Assembly: GCA_951406725.2 (NCBI GenBank)
Contig: OX597821.1
Coordinates: 39,060,001 to 39,124,000 of the forward strand
Direction of reading: 5' to 3'
DNA from: Octopus vulgaris
Taxonomy: Eukaryota
DNA length: 64,000 nucleotides
In this document: positions 39,222 through 52,127 of the stretch, piece after piece
Position numbering within the stretch: position 1 is the first letter of the stretch
How the letters are laid out: every line of letters begins with the position of its first letter
The notes under the pieces: generated by a model
Databases searched by the model: none
Seen by the model: the letters and a program-made list of their open reading frames with translations, nothing else
What the model was told of the DNA's origin: nothing
Translations under genes and position numbers: made by a program

Positions 39222-39556
39222 TATCATCATCATCATCATTATCATCATTGTTTAGCAACCACTTTCCATGCTGGCATGGGTTGGACAGTTTTACTGAGAA
39301 CTGGCAAGTCAAAGGCTGCACCCGGCTTCAGTTTGATTTGGCAAGGTTTCTACAGCTGAATGCCCTTCCTAATGCCAACCACTCCGAGAGTGAAGTACGT
39401 GGTTTTACATGACACCAGCATGGGAGTCAGTCAGGTGGCACTGGCATAGGTCATGCTTAAATGGTGTTTTTTACTTGCCACCGGCACAAGTGCCAGTCAT
39501 GTGGCACTGGCTTTGACCATGCTCGAATGGTGCTATTTACATGTTACTGGCATGGG
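39222..39556 (-). mobile_element. RTE 3' fragment, apparently inserted in the internal TA/TG tract of a SINE B-like element (39083-39200 and 39580-39690)
   Basis: RTE tail motifs between a SINE B head (TGGCTGTGTGG..TTCCCAACC..GCACCTTGGG) and a (TG)n body. Confidence 0.7.
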
Positions 39557-39592
39557 AGATACATACATGTATGTATGTGTGTATGAGTGTGC

Positions 39593-39638
<46 letters not shown>

Positions 39639-40004
39639 CACCTTGTCTTCACATCACATGATAGTTGTAAATGAATTTCATTCTCATGTGATGGTGGCGA
39701 TGGTGATTGGGCTATTCATTATCAGTCTTCTATGACAACATATCCATTCATGGGAGAAATATTAGCTTACTTAGAAATAGGTGAAGTTTGGTGATACTAA
39801 GAGCTTTTGACGATAGAAAATCTGCATCAATGAATTCAGTCCAACTCATACAACGGTAGAAATGAGGACAGTAAAATGATGATGATGGCAATAATGATGA
39901 CGATGATGATGATGATGATGATGATGATGGCAATAATGATGATGACAACAAAAATGAGGATAATAATAATGATGAGATTTGTATTTTATTTAATAGTTGT
40001 TTGA

Positions 40005-40320
40005 CTCAGTTTCACATTACTGGAAGTCTTGCGTCCATATCATGAGAAGTTTGGAGAGCGAGGGAAGAAAATTTCAATTAAATTAAAAATGGCTTTCTAA
40101 TTGCTTTCATGAGCGCATTTAAAGTGCATTAATATGTATGCCAGGCTGACTTGTCAGTACCCACTTCATTGCAATGGGCCATTCCATTATCATTTATCAG
40201 TGTGTGACATCTCTAACACATCTTGGATCCACACACTCAAGGAAATGGGAGGAACAACTATTCATATTAAAACTTGGAACCATGGCACCAATAAGTTTAA
40301 ATGAATCATTTTCCTTCTAC
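40005..40320 (+). pseudogene. Penelope-like GIY-YIG endonuclease C-terminal remnant
   Basis: HF..MGHS..SRKWEEQLFILKLGTMAPISLNE matches the PLE pattern HF...H....R...E..FI.KL.T..P.GLN; followed by a pyrimidine-rich tail. Confidence 0.55.
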
Positions 40321-42404
40321 TCTTTCTCCAACCATCTTAGTTTTGTAATCCTGTTCTTATCTTTTAGCTCCTCCCAACTCACCTCAAATTTTCCCTCCAC
40401 CTCACCCTCACCTCTGTTACTCTTTCTATTTCTCTTACCTTTTCCTTCTCTCACCCACTTTCTTTCTCCAACCATTCCTCCTGATGTATGCAACCTGACA
40501 TTGCCCTGTGTTCCCCATCAGTTGCAGCCTGTTGCACAAACATAAAAAAATATAGAACACTGTAGTCTTTCCTTTATTTCTCCCCTGTAATCTTCGCCTG
40601 TCCAAAACACTGGATACTCCACTCACCGTGACAATTTCACTTTACTCTTCTTGTTGTTATTTTTACCAAATTATGCACATCCACATGACTAGCATCATTT
40701 ATACTCTTTGGATTCTGTTTTACCTTATGCGTGTGCAGACAGATAGATATTAGTGTTTCATTAATTTTACTTTTGGCTGCTGGGCTACTGTTTTGCAACT
40801 GCAACAGCATTAAGTGTATGAATTCAATTGTATTTCTTGTATTTTTTTTTTTTTTGACTAGGAACTGCATTACCATCTCAGAGTCACTATTATTTTCTTT
40901 TCAAAGAATTCCTTCTTACCCTGAAAGCAATTTTAAATTTATGTCTAAAGCGATGGTCTATATACATACACATCACAAATTACATGCACACACACATACA
41001 AATATATGTGAAGGACAATTCATATTATATTAGAATTACTCAAAATTGAAACATAAAAATACACGTGCACATGTATATACTTGTGTGTGTGTATATGAAC
41101 GTGTTTATATGTATATACATATATGTGTGCATGTGTATGCACATATACACAGACACACACATCATATAGAGAATTCTTTATGATTATTTGACTCAGGTCA
41201 TCATCATCATCACCACCATCCTTACCATTATCATCATTTTTGTTTCCATTGAAATTAAGAAATGAAAACTGCATGTATATTTGTATAAACAAATTTATCT
41301 GAAATTTATAAATAAAAAATAGAAGAAGTAAAAGAATGATTGTTGGAATGTATCATGCCATTTAAATATTTATTGCACTAAAGTTGGGTATTACCATTAG
41401 GCTAAATGTTTTGCGTCTCGTATTAATGGCTTAAATTTCCTGCTTTTTATGAGAATATTAAGAAAAGATTTTTCTGTATGTGTATGTTTATATGTTTGTG
41501 CTTCTATGAATGTGTGTATATGTACGAGTGTGTATGTGGTTGCACAAATATGTATTATAGTTTTTAGTTTCTAATTTATTCAAATATTGTAAGATCACGC
41601 TGTATATATATATAAATTTCTTTACCAATAAACATAGCATTCAATTCTCTCAAACATGCCCACCTATGCATCACTACATGTGCAGCACTTTACACATGGC
41701 TGCAGGCAGTATGATTCACCAATGAATTCACATGTATACATGATGGTCAACGATACATACACAGGAATGCCTATATATCGCCCAGCATTGACATTCTCTT
41801 CTCCCATTGTTTTTGGTAATGTTTGTCTCCTGCGTAAATGGTGCCATCACATAATATCTGCTGTGAATAAAATGTCAGACTGTCTGGACACTGCATAAAC
41901 AATGCCTCTTCATCCATAATATTTTTGTCAACATCTCTTATGGAAGCATGTCCAACTGTTAAGCTGTTCATTGTTTGGAAGGACAACAGGAATAGGGCCT
42001 TGCTTGGAAACCAGTGAATGTTGGCAGCAGTAAAGACATCTGTTGAGAAACAAATTGCCTCAATAAACCTCATCTGAGTCATGCAAATATAGGACGAATG
42101 CTACCATTGATTAGCTCCAAGAAGCCATTGCCTCTAGCCCTGTTCGAAGGTTATAATGGAGAGAGATTTGCATGTCACATAGCTAACTGGACTGCCATAT
42201 TAGCTTGGCGATAACTATTAATATCCAGTACTGCTGCCATAGTCTCCTTTAGGACTTAGAAATATTACTATTTCTGTTATAGAAAAGAAGGTTTATTTTT
42301 ATCCTCATAGCACTTTTTGATAAAGAAAGTTATTAACGGTTATTATATATCTGCTTTTTATAAACATAAATCTGTCCTCAAATATCTTACACACCCTCTC
42401 TCTC

Positions 42405-42436
<32 letters not shown>

Positions 42437-43169
42437 AATGGACAGATAGATGGATAGATACATACATACACACACACACACACAGATAAATTGAGGGAAT
42501 AATTATCATCCTGGCTATCACCTCATTTGAATGTAATGGTGGGATGTGGCTAGCATATAGTATTGAAAATCAAATGGAGATCCGTAAGACTTCGACTGAT
42601 ACTAAAAGAAGCAGTTGGCTTAATATTAGCCCCACAGAGTGTATAATGAAAATAATAATTCAGATGAGGAAAGGAGAAGTCAACTTGACATTACATTTGT
42701 TGCCATAAATGGGCGATATTATTTATTCTATATCTCATACAATATTATGCAATTCACACAAAATTATGTAATATATGCCATGATATATGGAAATCTGTAA
42801 TAATTCTATAGTCCTTTCACTTTCTCAGATGTCATGATTTGAAGGCATGATTGACCTAATGAATATTTTCAGATGAGCTCTCTTGGACATGTTTACAATA
42901 TGTAAATAGACCAAAAAAGTTAATGATTTCACTTGATATTTCCTGTAAGATTTAAGACAATTAATTGTAATGAAAGAGATGGAAGTAAATCAAAATAAAG
43001 TCAGTTTAAAGTTATTGTATAGATCAAAGCATTTACCAATAAGCCATTTAATGAGTTTTGTGGCAGAATTTGGCAGTTGGAATAAACAGGTTAGCAAAGA
43101 GTGTCTATATCATGAACTCTTCCATTCAACTCCTTGCACATTCATTTCCAAACCACACAATCAGACATA

Positions 43170-43360
43170 CATCATCATCATCATTTAATGTCCATTTTCT
43201 ATGCTGGTATGGGTTGGATGCCTTGACAGGACCTGGCAAGGCCAAGTGGGCCACACTAGGTTCCATAGTCTGTTTTGGCTTGGTTTCTACAGCTGAATGC
43301 CCTTCCTAATGCCAACCATTCTAAAGAGTGTACTGGATGCTTATTATGTAACACCACCAC
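43170..43360 (-). mobile_element. RTE LINE 3' end fragment
   Basis: (CAT)n-TTTAATGTCCATTTTCTATGCTGGTATGGGTTGG..GCCCTTCCTAATGCCAACC. Confidence 0.8.
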
Positions 43361-45175
43361 CAGCTTGATTTTGTGAGAACTGAAGTGGACAATAGAAATA
43401 ACATATATATAAATGAAGAAATACTGAAAAGTTGATGGTCATAGTTGGCACAAGTACACAAGTACTTTGGTCACAGCCTGAAGACTTGTTACTATATCAT
43501 GTAGTTAACAGATAGACAAAGGTACCAAAAGAACCAGAAGATTTTGTCTTGTTTGACTGGGAACAATTTAGAGTTAAAGTTATGGCAACTGGGTTGGGGT
43601 TGAGATAGAAACAAAGGCAAAAATGGCAAGAATACATGAAGGTTTTTGTGTGAAATAGAGTCAGAGTCAGTAACAACACACACACACACACACACACGTA
43701 TGCATACATGTACACATGCAACAGGTGTTTTTGTCAATAACAAAACAAAAATCACAGTCTCATTTACCTCAGAGAAGACACACATTCACATAGACAAACA
43801 TTAATATTTGATGTATGGGTGACAGGGACATAATTATATGGTAATATTATATAACTTAGACGATATTTGTGTATTTTTCAGTCAATACTCACCACACGCA
43901 CACATAACTATAACATATACAGATCTGTGTGTATGTTTTTTCAACTACCTATATTTCTGCCTATCTTCATATTCAAGCATATGTCTGCCCGTTTGTCTAT
44001 CATCTATTTCTCTACCTGTTACACAAAATAAAACTTTATTCTTAGAATAAAAATTCTTTAGAATTTATTTCTTCCAAATAATGTAAGAGAACCATTAAAA
44101 AAATTATAAACGATACAACAGTATTGATACAAACTTAAATGCACCTCCATTCCAACGTAAGATGGAGTTGAACATCAAAGTGTCAGTCCTAAATAACTAG
44201 GAAAGACGACAAGGATAACGTTTTAACTAATCCCATGTGTGGACTAATTAATCCTGCAAAGAGGGAATTAGGGATATGTAGTAAATTATTTTCAGGGTTT
44301 ATTAATTGAAAATTTGTAATGTTAATGATTTACTTTTCTGAAATAAGAACAGGCTCATAATTATGTGGTTTAATAACATAGAGGTTAAGCATAATTGCAA
44401 ATTCACTTAATTTGAAATAGTGGATTTTTATCCCTCTGCCCATAAAGCCCTTGATTTATAGGCTGCATCATTTAGTAGTTCATTATCTGACGTTAATGAT
44501 ACCAGTATTAAAGTTGCAATGAATGCTCGAAAGTCACTACTTTTCTCTAGCAATTTCATTTAGTTATGGGCAAAGTTGCTGAGCATTTCATGATGGCTCT
44601 GGATAATTAGAATAGAGCAATGGTTTGTGAAGGATTTATGTATATTAAGCTTGCTTCAAAAATGCTTTTATGTTTAAAATTAGGGTTGTTTAGAGATGAT
44701 TGTTTGATGCTATTGCACCTCTCTAATGGCTGATTTGGTAAAAACATAACTGCAAACATTAGAGAATTTAGTTTAGAACATATGATCTGTATCAATATAA
44801 GAAACTTTTCTTGGATATTTCTTTAAGTCTAGATACAAGCAGTCATATCATTTAAATAGAAAGCCTAAATAAGCTCCCTCTTTTCTTTTTTCTAGTCTTA
44901 GAGTTCTGTAGGTGGACAGGTTTCCAACAACTCTTTAAAAGAAGAGTTGCTGAGTCATGTCTGTTAATATTGCGATTTAGGTAGAAGGCCAACAAATTTG
45001 AAGGGCAGAGGCCAGTTGATACCCTTGGCTGTTTCTTTATCAACTCCTGAGAAGTGTAAGGTAATGTTGATCTCAATAGGATTTGCAAAACAAAGTGTTA
45101 AGAGGCAGAAAAATGTCACAAAGAACTTTTTCCAGTAATTTCAACCAATCCACCACTTTTGCTAAGATTATAATA

Positions 45176-45467
45176 ATTATTTCTACTCTAGGCACAAGGC
45201 CTTGAAAATTTTGGGGGAAGGGGGCTAGTCGATTACATCAACCCCAGTGCATAACTGGTACTTATTTTATCGACCCCGAAAAGTTGAAAGGCAAAGTCGA
45301 CCACATGTGTTTGACGATCTCACAAGATTACTCATTTTTGCCAACTGGAGCAGTGTGAAATGAAGTGTTTTGCTCAAGAACACAACGTGTTGCCCAATCC
45401 AGGAATGGCAACCACAATCTTACTCTCATGAGTCCGACACCCTAACCACTAAGCCACGTGGCTCCAC
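45176..45467 (-). mobile_element. Composite SINE (family C head plus family A 3' half) with 16-bp TSD
   Basis: Perfect TSD TGCTAAGATTATAATA at 45160-45175 and 45468-45483; 45305-45467 matches family C, 45176-45302 matches family A. Confidence 0.88.
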
Positions 45468-45675
45468 TGCTAAGATTATAATAGTGATTTAGCAGAAAGT
45501 GACAAGGATACAATATGTGCAACATACTAATAACACTCATTCACACAAATATGAGAGATTGAAAATAATTCAGCACATCCACCCATGCTTTTCTTTCAAA
45601 TATCTTTTTTAACAAATTTCCCTTAACATAAACACTTCTGTAGCCCTCGTAGATATCACAAGCATTTCTATGAAA

Positions 45676-45810
45676 ATACTTACCTGGCACAGAGGTTAAC
45701 CATGATCATCAAGGTGCTTCTCCCAAAGGGAGGCCCTTCCATTGCTCCTTAGATAGGTTGACCTTTGCGACTGCCTCAAATGTGGGTGACTCGGATGCAC
45801 TATTTCTAAG
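45676..45810 (+). pseudogene. U1 snRNA-derived sequence, 3'-truncated (probable retrocopy)
   Basis: Begins ATACTTACCTGGC (exact U1 5' end), then AGAGGTTAACCATGATCATCAAGGTG (SL1), CCATTGCTCC (SL2 loop), GCGACTGCCTCAAATGTGGGTGACTCG (SL3); colinear with metazoan U1; Sm site degraded (TATTTCTAAG), SL4 absent. Confidence 0.9.
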
Positions 45811-45829
45811 TGTGATGTCCATGTCCATG

Positions 45830-46045
45830 CTAACACTGTCAATTGTGCCAGCACCACATAAAAAGCACCTGTACTGGTTCCACGTAAAAGCACCCAGCAC
45901 ACTCCGTAAAGTGGTTTGGATCCAGGTGTAGGGACCATGACAGATCAGATGGGAGCCTGGTGCAGCTCCCCAGTTTGCCAACTCTGGTCAAACCATCGAA
46001 CCCCACCATGCCAGCATGAACAATGGATGTTGAATGATGATGATA
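45830..46045 (+). mobile_element. RTE LINE 3' end, same orientation as the U1 copy
   Basis: CACATAAAAAGCACC..CACGTAAAAGCACCCAGCACACT..CTGGTGCAGCT..CATGCCAGCATG..GTTGAATGATGATGAT. Confidence 0.8.
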
Positions 46046-46804
46046 ACAGTAAAGCTTTGCCAACCTGCTACTTAAACATCAAAGCCCAACAGCAGAAATA
46101 ATACAAATACAAACATAAAAATATCTGAAGATCCGTTTCTGTGTGATATAACATCACTATATAAGATGATAGCCAAGAGAAATGTTGGTTGGTAGGTAGA
46201 TTGGCTGGTTGGCTGGTCAGTCCGGTCAGACTTTACTGCATCTAAGATGAGGTGGGGTGGGGAGAATATAAAAAAGGAGATCCAGACAGAGTTAACAGAA
46301 AAGAAGTAGGTTGAGCATACATACTAGGCTTGGTGGCAGGGCAAGGAGAAGATATAATTGATAGATGTGGAAGAAATTATACAAATGAGAAATTTATATA
46401 ATTTTATTTTATTTTAAGGTAATATTTGTATTTTGAAAATTTTTATTCTATCATTTTGTATAAGAACCAAGAATTTTAATTCTTGTATCTATGCCATATC
46501 TTCTGATATTACCCATGGTTGGTAAAAGTACACGATAAAAGTTACCGTCCCTATCACAAGTAGCACTCAAGTTATTGACATAATTTCACTTTCTGTATCC
46601 TGAACAATTTACATCATGAATGACAAGAAATATTTCTTATTATAAATACCATGTCACATATATTACGAATCAGTTATGTGTCCACTAGCATACTCTTAGA
46701 TTAACAAAGGATAATATACTCAGTAATAACAGAAATATTTACACTCCACAACTGTATTACCTTTTACCTTTCATTCATAAACTGAAATGTGTGTGTGTAT
46801 ATAT

Positions 46805-48450
46805 ATCATCATCATCATCATCATCGTTTAACGTCCGTTCTCCATGCTAGCATGGGTTGGACGGTTCGACCGGGGATCTGGGAAGACAGAAGGCTGCACC
46901 AGGCTCCAGTCTTATCTGGCAATGTTTCTACAGCTGGATGCCCTTCCTAATGCCAACCACTCCGTGAGTGTAGTGGGTGCTTTTTACGTGCCACCTGCAC
47001 AGGTGCCAGGCAAGGCTGGCAACGGCCACGGTCGGATTGGTGTATTTTACGTGCCACCGGCACGGAAGCCAGTCGAGGCGGCACTGGCATCGGCCACGAG
47101 TCGGATGGTGCTTTTTACGTACCACCAGACCAGGGATCCTGGCTGGTTCAATTCGATTTCGATTGCCCCAACATGTCTTCGCAAGCAAAGGGGTTGGCAT
47201 GGGTGCCTGTCGTTGGATGAGGTTCTATATCGACTTCGCTTGCCTCAACAGGTCTTTGTGTCCAAGGGAGGAAAGGCATGCATAAGTGGGCTGGGCTCAC
47301 TTGTCCTGCCTGGTCTTCTCACGTACAGCATATTTCCAAAGGTCTCGGTCGCTGGTCATTTCCTCAGTGAGGCCTAAAGTTCGAAGGCCGTGCTTCACCA
47401 CCTCGTCCCAGGTTTTCCTGGATCTACCTCTTCCACGGGTTCCCTCAACTGCTAGGAATTGGCACTTTCTCACACACCTATCTTCATCCATTCTCGCCAC
47501 ATGACCATACCAGTGCAATCATCTCTCTTGCACACCACAACTGATGCTTCTTAGGTACAACATTACTAACGCTCTGTCGAGTAAGTACATTGACATTACA
47601 CATCCATTGGAGCATACTGGCTTCATTCCTCACGAGCTTACGCATGTCCTCAGCAGTCACGGCCCATGTTTCACTGCCATGTAGCATGGCTGTTCGTACA
47701 CATGCATCATACAGTCTGCCTTTTACTCTGAGTGAGAGGCCTTTAGTCACCAGCAGAGGTAAGAGCTCCCTAAACTTTGCCCAGGCTATTCTTATTCTAG
47801 CAGTTACACTTTCAGCGCACCCACCCCCACTACTGACTTGGTCACCTAGATAATGGAAGCTATCAACTACTTCTAGTTTTCCCCCTGGAAAGTGACGGAA
47901 GTTGTTTTCTGCAGATTTTCGGAGGTCAATGCTCCCGAGCATCTGCCACATGCAAAAACTATCTTCCCAGTTAGCCTACCTTTGACATTGCTGCACCTCT
48001 TATGTGTCCATAGCTTACACTGGGTACATCTTATAGAGTTTCTACCTACACCTTTTCTACAGATTGAGCAGGGCCATCTTCCTGAAGACATTTGTGGATT
48101 GTCTACCTTCCTACTTATTAGTACTTTGGTTTTAGCTAGGTTGACGCTAAGGCCCCTCGATTCTAAACCCTCCTTCCACACCTGATAGTGACTCAGCAAT
48201 TTAAGCAAGGTCGTCAGCATAGAGGAGCTCCCAGGGGCAACCTGTCTTGAATTCCTCTGTAATTGCCTGGAGGACTATGATAAATAGGAGGGGGCTGAGT
48301 ACTGAACCCTGGTGGACCCCAACCTCTACTTTGAATTCTTCTGTGTACATGTTGCCAACCCTAACCTTACTTACGGCATCTCTGTACATGGCTTGCACAG
48401 CCCTCACCAGCCATTCATCTATCCCTAGTTTCCTCATTGACCACCAGAGG
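46805..48450 (-). mobile_element. RTE-clade LINE, 5'-truncated, frameshifted RT plus complete 3' UTR and (ATG)n tail
   Basis: ORF pieces: GVHQGSVLSPLLF..ELLYADDL; VNLAKTK plus Cys/His finger; VVDSFHYLG..AMLHGSETW; WYGHVARM..GRGRSRKTW; tail at 46805-46824. Confidence 0.95.
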
Positions 48451-48451
48451 T

Positions 48452-48454
<3 letters not shown>

Positions 48455-48501
<47 letters not shown>

Positions 48502-48642
48502 TAGAGCAAAAACACTATTATGCAATTCAAACAATGATAGACATAAACCAAATCATAAATAAAAAATAAAATATATTTTAAAATAATAATTAGATCACAA
48601 AAAGTACAAAGATGAATAAACAATATATTATTATTATTATTA

Positions 48643-48693
<51 letters not shown>
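48455..48693. repeat. (TA)n and (ATT)n tracts separating two RTE copies
   Basis: Direct reading. Confidence 0.9.
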
Positions 48694-48697
<4 letters not shown>

Positions 48698-48706
48698 CAT
48701 ATATAC

Positions 48707-50637
48707 GGCAAAAAGAAAACCATTGCATTTTGCTTTCTTCAACATGGAGAAAGCTTTTGAGAGACTCCCTTGCTCTATTATCTGGTGGTCACTAAAGAAG
48801 TTAAGAGTAGATGAGTGACTTGATATAACTGTACAAGTCATGTACACTGGTGCTGTCAGTAGGGTGAGAATCACCTATGAATTCAGTGATGAGTTTAGTG
48901 TACAAGTAAGGATTCACTAGGGCTCAGTTTTCACTCTGCTCTTGTTCATCATTGTCCTCCAGGCCATAACAGAAGAATTTTAAAGGGGCTGCCTTTGGAA
49001 ATTCCTGTATGCTGATGACCTCATTCTTATTGCAGAATTGGAGAGGAAATTCCAAGTATGGAAGCAAAACCTAGAATCAAAGGGTCTTAGAATTACCCTA
49101 AAGTTGTTGTTAGCAAGAAAGTGGACAAAACTCTTTCTGCATCAAGTAAATGGCTCCACTCAGTAAGTGGGAAAGGTGTTGAAAGACATTCCATTTGTGG
49201 AACGCAGGGAAAATTATGGACACGCAAGATGTGCAGTGGAATCACAAGATGGTTAATAGAGAAAGTCAAATTCACATGGGAATTAAACTCTCTCAAATGC
49301 CCAGAAAGTTCTCTTCAGGCTGTGGATAGTTTCTGTTACCTAGATGACCAAATTAGCAGTGGTGGAGAATGTTCTGAAAGTAGTACTATTGCGAGAGTAA
49401 GAATAAAATGGAGGAAATTCAAAGAATTATTACCTCTGTTGGCAACAAAAAGATCTTTCTCAGAGTGAAAGACAAATTGTATGTTGCTTGTGTAAGAACG
49501 GCTATACTCCATGGTAGTGAGACATGGACTTTGAATGCAGAAGACATGCAAAGACTAGAGAGGAATTAAGCTGGTATCCTCTGATAGATATGCAAGATCA
49601 GTGTGTATGTATGAGAAATTGTAAATTGGCTGAAAGGAACATTAGGCCTAAGAGGAATCAGAGGAATTGGCATGTAAGAGAGAAGACTCTGCTGGCTTGG
49701 TCGTGTGATGCAAACGAAGTGCCAATCACTTAAAGTTGAAGGCAACTGTAGAAGAGGGAAACCCAGAAAGACATGAAGTGAAGTATTGAGGACTGATCTC
49801 AGGATGTTGGACCGCACAGAGGAGATGACAATGGTCTGAAATGTCTGGTGCTATGAGGTTCTTGAGAAGACCCACCCACCTCAGTAATGCTGTGTGTTCC
49901 ACCTACATGTAATATTAAAAGAATTTTTCTCACACCCCATTGAGCCAAATTACATCTTCCATTCTCCATTTCCTCTTTTTCCATGCATTATGCTTATTTC
50001 TCCCTCTCCACTCCTGCAACCCAATCCTGTTCTCACTAGTCTACCTGCTACTATTGCTATCCTACTGCTCCTGGTCTATATATCCAGGTCCTACCAATCA
50101 CTGCATTCTCTCTCTCGTCCCCCTTCTTTGAATTCATGTGAACTCCCTTAGCAATACTCTAACAACCAATTTATATTCTTGTTCCTGTACCTTGACAGAA
50201 TGCCCTCACACATCACCACCATCTCTTTCACTCTTGTTCTCTTCCACTCTTGCTTTGTTGCATCCTTGATCACTCTCTCTCTTTCTCTCTCTCACTGTAG
50301 TAACCAGGTATCTCCTCTACCGCAAGACACCTGCTTTTGTCACTCTGTCCTACTCTAATCTCTCATCACCCAGCAGAAAGCCACCTCCTCTAGTGCTCCC
50401 TCCTCTCCACGGATCTTTTGTCTTGCAAGTTACTTGGTAGCCCCACTGGTGCTGGTGCCACATACAAAGCACCCAATACACTCTGTAAAGTGGTTGGTGT
50501 TTGGAAGGGCATACTCTCGTGGAAGCCATGCTGAAACAGAAAGTGGAACCTGGTGCAGTCCTCTGGCTTGCCAGTTCCTGTCAAGCTGTTCAACCCATGC
50601 CAGCATGGAAAACAGATGCTAAATAATGATGATGAGG
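48707..50637 (+). mobile_element. Older RTE-clade LINE, 5'-truncated, many stops
   Basis: KPLHFAFFNMEKAF..WWSLKKLRVDE*, EFLYADDL, VDSFCYLDDQISSGGECSES, LHGSETW, GNCRRGKPRKT; RTE 3' UTR ending AATGATGATGA. Confidence 0.9.
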
Positions 50638-52127
50638 ATTATACACACATCCGCAAATATGAATATGTTTAAAATTACATTTAAAAATGCAATTTATTTG
50701 GGAGTCAAAATGCACACTCACAACATGTGTAAAGTTTTGGAAACATCAACACTAAAATGCACATGCACACACTTATATGTGAACATACACACAAACATAC
50801 TCTCTCACACACACACACTCTCAGACTCACACACATACATGACACAAAGAAATTGGATATTGGAAGATGAAGATCAAAAAATATATGGAAGAGATCTTCG
50901 CAATAATCACTTTGATCAAGTCAAATTTTCCGTTTCTGCTTTTCCTTATTATAGTCTTTCCTATTTTTCCTCCTTCTCTTCTTCCCCCTCATCCCTTCCC
51001 CTTTTCTTCTCCTCCTTTTTCTCCTCAATAAGAAACAGCTCCAAGAACAGTCACTGATGATTCCAAAATCCAATTACTGGTCAGCACCAAACATGCCAAT
51101 AACACACCTATCTATTAAATACATTCTTGCTACATCACGCCGCCTTATCTAATATATGTAGAGATTTTAATAAAACTGTGACTGGCATTAAATAAAAAAA
51201 ACAAAAATAACGATATCAATAAATTGTAAAATAAATTAAAAACAATAATAATAAATAATAATAATTTTATAAAAAATAAAAGAAGGGAAAATTGAATGTA
51301 ATAAATAATCAGGAGAGAAGTTCTAACATCTATACTGTCATTGATTGATATTCATTAAATGAATAAAGAATAACAAAAAAAGCTGCCAGAAAGAAAAACT
51401 GAGAAGTTTTTATTCAACACACATAGTTTAAAACATTGATATAACAACTTCTATTTGGTTTTATATTTGGTTATATATTCAGCTCTGTTTGATTTTATGC
51501 CAAACTAAATTTGTCGTATCATACATGCATAGCAGTGGTATTTCTATTTTTTGTTCTTTTTGGGCATATAATTTAAGATTCAATGGGATTTTAGTGAAAA
51601 GAAGTTGTGATTTCGAAATGAAAAAGCTGAAGATCCAAAGTGCCATTTCATTGAAATGAAAGCATTTGCTAATTATTTGGTTCATGTGTTTTCATTCTGA
51701 GAGGGCTTTTTCTTTGTACTGTTTTTATAGTTTGTCCATGGTGTGTTTGTTAAGATGTCTTCCCACAAAAACATAAAAGTGTTTAATGTGCAAGTGGAAG
51801 TGTGTAAAATCTAATATGTATTACTTGGCAACTGGGAATACAAACTCATCTAAAGCTTTCAACCCCACTCCCACTCTCTCTTCTTTAAAAGAGGCAACAG
51901 TTTGTGCAACTTGTTGGTCAAAAGGTTACATATCTCCATCAATACCCTACCCAACATCTTTCAAATGTTATCTTGTCCCTTTATTTCCCAAACCACCCAA
52001 ATAACCAGTCCTAAACTTTTCATATTTCTAACTGCTCTAATTATGCCATTACCAAGCTGAGTAGGTAAAGTAACCACACTCTGCAATGTGTAGAATTTGA
52101 GCAAAATTGCTGCCAGTTCTTTGACAA

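Noticed and set aside
45676-45810. Functional U1 snRNA gene
   Set aside because: Sm site degraded, SL4 missing, U1-70K and U1A loops mutated; treated as a pseudogene or chimera.
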